From Felis catus (taxonomy: Eukaryota): a stretch of DNA of 64,000 nucleotides. Shown here piece after piece: positions 57,933 to 64,000 of this stretch. The stretch lies in assembly GCF_018350175.1 (NCBI RefSeq), contig NC_058368.1:109184001-109248000 (forward strand). Direction: 5' to 3'. The number at the start of each line of letters is the position of its first letter. Position 1 is the stretch's first letter. Position numbers and translations under genes: made by a program. The notes below the pieces were generated by a model. That model was not told the origin of the DNA and made no database searches. It worked only from the letters and a program-made list of their open reading frames with translations.

Positions 57933-60096
57933 AAAAAGGGGAGGGGAGCCTGGGTGGCTCAGTTGGTTAAGCATCTGACTTCAGCTCAGGTTATGATCTC
58001 ATAGTTTGTGAGTTCAAGCCTCACATTGGGCTCTCAGCTGTCAGCACAGAGCCCACTTCTGATCCTCTGTCTCCCCCTCTCTCTGCCCCTCATTGGCTCA
58101 TTCTCTGTCTCTCTATTTATCAAAAATAAAATAAAGCATGTTAAAAAAAAAAAAAGAGTGTCCAGTCTTACTGTTCTTGTTAAACATGGTACTAGAAGTC
58201 CTAGCTAGACAGTCAGGCAAGACAAAGAAATTAAAGGGATCCAAATCAGAAAGAAAGACATAAAATTATCACTATCTGTTGATGATATGATTTTATATAT
58301 CCAAAAGACAACTGAAAAACTGTTGGATCTCATCAACGAATTCAGTAAAGTTGCAGGGTATAAAATCCATACACAGAAGTCAGTTGCTTTTCTATATAGT
58401 GAAACATTTGAAAAAGAAATAAAACCATCCCATTGACAATAGCATCAAAATCAATAAAATAGGAATAAGTTAAACAAAGGAAGTGAAAGAGCTGTATAAT
58501 AAAAGCTACAAGATTTTGCTGAAAGAAAACAGAGAAGACACAAACAAATTGAAGGACATCCCGTGTTCATGGATCAGAAGACTTCCTGTTAGAATATCCA
58601 TGCTACTGTTAAAATATCCAAGCCATCATAGGAAAGAACAAAACTGCCAAAAGTGAGGCATCACACTTCCTGATTTCAAACTATACTGTAAGGCTACAGT
58701 AATGAAAACAGTATGCTACTGGCATAAAAATAGACACATCGACCAGCAGAACATAATAGAAAGTCCAGAATTAACCATCTACATATCTAGTCAACTAATA
58801 TTTGAAAAGGGAGCCAGGAACATCCAGTAGGGAAAGGACAGTCTCTTCAACAAATGGTATTGAGAAAACTGGATAACCACATGCAGAAAAATGAAACAGA
58901 ATTCTTACCTAACACCAGTCACAAAAATTAACATGGATCAGAGACTCAAACATAAGACCTGAAGCCATAAAACTCCTAGAAGAAAACATAGGAAAGAAGC
59001 TTCTCAGCATTGCACTTGGCAGTATTTCTTTGGATGTGACACCAAAAGCACAAATAACAAAAGAAAAAAACCAACAAGTGAGACTACATCAAACTTAAAT
59101 CTTATGCACAGCAAAATAAACAATCAACAAAATGGCAAGGCAGGTTAATATCCAAAATTTATAAAGAACTCATACAATTCAATAACAAGAAAAAAATCCG
59201 ATTAAAACATGGTCAGGGGAACTAAATAGACATTTTCCCAAAGATGACATTTAAGTGGCCAACAGGCACACAAAAGGTGTTCAGCATCATCAGGGAAATG
59301 CCCTCACACCTGTCAGAATGGCACTCGTCAAGAAGACTGGAGAGAAAGTGTTGGGGAGAGCATAGAGGACATGCATTGTTGGTGGGGTTTTAAACTCGTT
59401 CAGCTGCTGTTGAGAACAGTATGGAGGTTCCTCAGAAAATTAAAAACAAAACTACCATGTGATCCAGCAATCCCATTTCTGCATATATATCCAGAGGAAA
59501 TGAAAACAGGATATCAAAAAGATATCTGCACCCCAATGTTCTTTGCAGCATTATTCACAATAGCCAGGATACAGAAAAAGACTAAGTGTCCGTCAACAGA
59601 TGAAAGAATGGATAAAGAAGATGTGGTATATTTATACAATGGAATGCTATTCATCCATGAGAAATAAGGATATTCTGCCATTTGCAACAACCTGGATGGC
59701 CCTTGAGGACATAATGCTAAATGAGATAAATCAGAGAAAGACAAATATTGTATGATCTCTTATATGTGGAATCCAAAAAACTGAAATTGCAAAAGCATAG
59801 AGTAATATGGTGGTTACCAGGGATTGGAGAGTGGGTAAAGGAGAGAGGTGTTGTTTAAGTTGCAAATTTGGAGCCAGTACATAAGTAAGTCCTAGAGACT
59901 TAATACATGGTACAGTGATTATACATAACACAACTGTATTACAAACATTAGCAGATAGAAGTGTTGGCTAATGCTGTTATGACAATCATATTGCGATATA
60001 AATGTATCAAACTAATATGTACACCTTAATTTACACAATGTTATATTTCAAATATAACTCAATAAAAAAATTGAAAATAATAAAATAAAAATAAAA
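55750..60096 (+). mobile_element. Decayed L1 ORF2 plus 3' UTR and A tail, interrupted by five Can-SINEs (about 56101, 56325, 57196, 57729, 57943)
   Basis: ORF2 peptides IIRDYFEQLYTNKLDNLEEMD and [17 protein letters not shown]; decayed RT motif SLSVDDMILY at 58269-58298; many stops and frameshifts. Confidence 0.93.
57853..57929. repeat. Compound (AC)n(CT)n microsatellite inside a Can-SINE
   Basis: About 20 AC units followed by about 18 CT units. Confidence 0.95.
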
Positions 60097-60099
60097 ACT

Positions 60100-60700
60100 T
60101 AGTATACTGCTACAGTAATCAAAACACTTTGGTGATGCCACATACACATACATATCAGAATTGAGGTGACCAAAATGAATGCTTACATTTAGTCAATTCA
60201 TTTTCAATAAAAGTGCCAAAGCAATTCAATTATATTTTCTACAAATGGTGCAGGGACAATTGAATATCCTCATGCAAAATGAAGAAGTTATGCACTTGTC
60301 CCACGCCACACACAAAAATTAACTCAGAATGGATAATAGACCTAAATGTAAGAGCTAAACCTGCAAGATGTTTAGAAGAAAACATAGAAGAATATCTGTG
60401 TGACTTTGGATTAAGCAAAGATTTCTTAGTTATGACACCAAAAGCACAATCTGTAAATGAAAATTAACCAACTGGGCTTCAAAAAATGTAAAACTTCTAC
60501 TTTTTAAAAGACATCATCAAGAAAAGGCATAGTCAAGGGCTACCTGGGTGGCTCCGTCAGTTAAGCATCTGACTTTGGGGCACGTCATGATTTCACCATT
60601 CGTGAGTTCAAGCCCCGCATCGGGCTGTATGCCGACAGCTCATAGCCTGGAACCTGCTTCAAATTCTGTGTCTCTGTCTCTCATCCCCTCCCCCACTCGT

Positions 60701-60753
<53 letters not shown>

Positions 60754-62245
60754 GAACAATAAATAAACTTAAAGAAAAGAAAAGAAAAAAATGGATAGTC
60801 AAGTCATAGACTTCAAAGTATTTGCAAATCTTATACTGGATGAAGGACCTATCTAAAATATATAAAGAACTCAGAAGGCAGAAGAAGGGAAACAAAGAAA
60901 TGAGAAATGAGAGAATAAACAGAAAACAAAAAATAAAATGACAGGCTTAAGCCATTATATTTAATTAAATTAAATATAATTTAATTTGCATATTATATAT
61001 ACAAATTAAAACCATGATGAGATACCACTATGTGTCTGATAGGATAGTTAAAATAAAAATGTATATATTGTCAGAACTAAGTACGTAGGGGAGATGGAAC
61101 ACCTGGAATTTTCATACACTGCAGATAGAAATACAATACGACACACCACTCTGGAAAATGGTTTGACAGCTTTCTACAGTTAAACACACTCTTACTAGGT
61201 GATGCAGCAACCCTACCCCTAGCTATTTATCCTGGAGAAATGAAGATGTATGTTTATACAAGTACCGATAACAAATGTTTATAGCAGCTTCATTGGTAAT
61301 TGACAAATACTGGAAGCAATTCAAATATTCAGTGAGTGAATGAATAAACAAACTCGTATATCCATGCAACGAAAACTACTCAGGAAAAAAAAAAAAAAGA
61401 AAGGCATGAACACAACACAATTTGGATGAATTTCTAAGTCGTTACGCCGAGTAAAAGCAGCCAGTCTCAAAAGGGTACACACTGCCTGATTCCATTAGCA
61501 TGACATTCTTGGAAAGACAAAACTATGTTGAGGGAGATTAAATCAGTAGTTCCCATGGGGTGGAGAGAGGTAGCACCAGAGAATTTTTATTTTGTATCTT
61601 TTTTGTTTATTAATTTTTTAGAGAGAGGGAGAGGCAGAGAGAGAGAGGCAAAGAGAGAATCCCAAGCAAGCTCCACGCTCAGCGCAGATCCCAATGCAGG
61701 GCTTGATCCCACAACCATGAGATCATGACCTGAGCTGATTTCAAGATTTGGACACTCAACCAACTGAGCTACTCAGGTGCCCCTATTCTGTATCCTGATT
61801 GTGGTGGTGGATACTCAAACCTGTATGTGTATTAACATTCATAGAACTGTTAGTTTCACTGTATGTTAATTTAAAAATGAAATAGGTCACACAAGGAATA
61901 AACCTGATATGTGTCAACAATATGGGTAAATGTCAAAATAATTCTACTGAGTCAAAGAAACCAGGCTGCATATGATGCCATTTTTATAAAATCCTAGAAA
62001 ATACAAACTAACCTGTAATAACAGAAAATTGAGCAGTGATTACCTCGGGGTGGGGAGGTGAGGAGGACCTGAGGAGGGGATTACTAAGTGGTGTGAGGAA
62101 ACTTTGGGGGCTGATTGATCTGTTCACTCTCTTGATTGTGGTAATGGTTTCACGGGTGCATGCATATTCCAAACTTAATAAATTGTACATCTTAAGTCCA
62201 GTTTCTCCTATGTTAACTATATCTCAGTAAAGCTGTAAAATAAAA
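60100..62245 (+). mobile_element. Old L1 ORF2 end and 3' UTR fragments, with Can-SINEs at about 60537-60790 (+) and 61585-61783 (-)
   Basis: TPHTKINSEWIIDLNVRAK...LEENIEEYLCDFG peptide; L1M 3' UTR motifs. Confidence 0.85.
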
Positions 62246-64000
62246 TACCTTGGTGCCCTGGAAAAGCACAGGATCCATTGACAAAGAAATTGACAGTCTT
62301 GTAACCCAGAGTTACATGAACAGAAGCTGTGGGATCCAAAGCTGGAACTCCCCCCCACCCAGCTGTGAAACCCTCCCATGGCTAGTTAGTGTGAACACTG
62401 TTTTAACATTTACATGCACACCCTGAGTTACAGAAAACATATGGCCGGCTCATGTTAAGGCTGAGCATTTGAAGAAACTTTCTGCTCTTTTCCCAATGCT
62501 CTCCTAGCATTTAATCTTTGGTCTTCATGGTGTATCCCAACCTACCATTCACAAACTGTGTGGCCTTGGACAAGTTACTTGGCCTCTCGAATCCTCACTC
62601 TTCCTGAGCATCTGTGAAACACCAGAGTCGGTGTGAGGAGTGGATGACATCAAGGCTGCAAAATAACAACGTGTCACCAACTAACAGAGGATACTTCTGG
62701 GAAGATTTTGTCTTATACCTGTAGGAATATGGCATCATACATGTAACACTTTTGATGCTGAAAAGAGTGAGAGACAGAAAACTGCAACTCTGGGTCAGGA
62801 TACCACAGTCCTAAATATGGCTGGGAACCTTCCCATCCTACTTACTATCTAGAGCCAAGAGAGAGCCCCATTTCAGTTCACAGATGGGGCCATGAGAGAC
62901 TCAAAGAGCTCATTGATGGCAGAGCTGGGACTCCTGACACCTAGCCCAGTTCTCTGACAGCAAGAGTAGATATTTGGGACCAAGGCCAGAGGGGAACCAG
63001 AGAAATTGTTGCCTGGGGGCTAGAAGTGAGAGAATAGGGGAGGTAGTTGAGTGGGAAGCTGTTTTAAGAGCCATAGCCTGCTGCAGTCTAAGAGCAGGGG
63101 GAGAAGGTAGGAGGGAGTGAATGGGCCGCACTGATTACACTCATTCACTTCTCCATCTGATATTTATGGATTTCCAGCACCATGCTGGAAACTAAGGGAT
63201 GAGGAGATAAAAAGTGACATTTTGACACAGTTCTAATTCTGCCATGCATTTGGTCCCAAACTATTGGCCAAACACCGTCGTCACCTGGGTTTGTTCTTGC
63301 TGCCCATTGGGCCAGTGTTTAGGGTGAGGAGGAAGAAACTTTGAGACGCCAAGTGGCCAAGAGAAGGACTTGAGACCAAGAATGGATGCTGTCTAGATCC
63401 AGGCCTTCCAAGCTCCAGATGTCACCTGACATCTCTCCTTGATTGGACTCAGGCTATTACTGACAGTCAACTGGGTAGACACCCATAAATTAATGGCTCC
63501 TGTGCAGAAAACAGAACTCAGTCCAAACACTTGGGTCTGTCCTTACTGGGTAGATGGGCTGCTGGGTGGATAAGGTTGGGCAGGCTGGTGATTTGCCTCT
63601 GAGGTTCCGCAGTCCAGTCTCAACATTTGTCAGCCACCAGAGAGCGGTGTTGGGGCATGCCCAAGCCCCAGAAAACTGTGTCTCTCAGCCAGAGGATAGC
63701 AAACAGAGCTTGGCTTCCTCCAGCCCAGAATTCATTTGTTTTTCTGATACGTTTTAATCACCTTAAACTCATAAAGCCACTGTGTGTACAAGAGTTTCAA
63801 AGGCAGCCTTGCAGCCTGTTCCCGAATCCCGCTTTAGTACGAATCCTTGGGGAAATACCTGGAACAGCCAGTAGAGGGGGATGGAGAGCTGAGATCACGG
63901 ATCCCTAGGCGAACAGCAAGCTGAGGCCACAAAAGGGCTACAGAAATTGCTCTGTATTAGAAATGGACTGGAATTGGGTGAGGAGGAAGGAGTGGGCAAG

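Noticed and set aside
55750..60096. Possible active retrotransposon or reverse transcriptase gene
   Set aside because: ORF2 is fragmented by stops, frameshifts and five SINE insertions; the FADD motif has decayed to SVDD
27536..62703. Isolated TTCNNNGAA matches (27536, 49448, 51174, 62695) and many lone TGA(C/G)TCA sites
   Set aside because: About 15 GAS matches are expected by chance in 64 kb (1 in 4096); only clustered or promoter-context sites were kept
62250..64000. Possible IL5 or other neighbouring gene exons at the right edge
   Set aside because: No recognisable coding sequence; the neighbour must lie outside the window

Overview
Mammalian genomic DNA, almost certainly from a cat-like carnivore: it carries many tRNA-derived Can-SINEs of the feline type. 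The window holds one complete protein-coding gene, IRF1 (interferon regulatory factor 1), on the minus strand. It has 10 exons, a CDS from 38588 to 33475 of 969 nt (322 aa), and GT-AG introns throughout. Its CpG-island promoter has the canonical NF-kB, GC-box, CCAAT and GAS elements. The rest is non-coding and rich in repeats (L2, MIR, L1, MLT1, MER5A/MER20/MER3/MER44, Can-SINEs), with a heavily nested repeat block at about 52.9-62.3 kb. The most interesting non-genic signals are: (1) a second CpG island about 6 kb upstream with an ISRE + GAS + kB + CCAAT/GC-box cassette resembling a second interferon-inducible promoter; (2) an ISRE/kB/GAS cluster about 23 kb downstream of the TSS; (3) a near-perfect CTCF motif facing IRF1; (4) a 3' UTR dense in miRNA and Pumilio sites with a non-canonical poly(A) signal; (5) an unexplained perfect 27-bp direct repeat. 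I found no prokaryote-type or clearly novel coding system. Repeat family names and motif calls were made by eye and need RepeatMasker or motif-scan confirmation.
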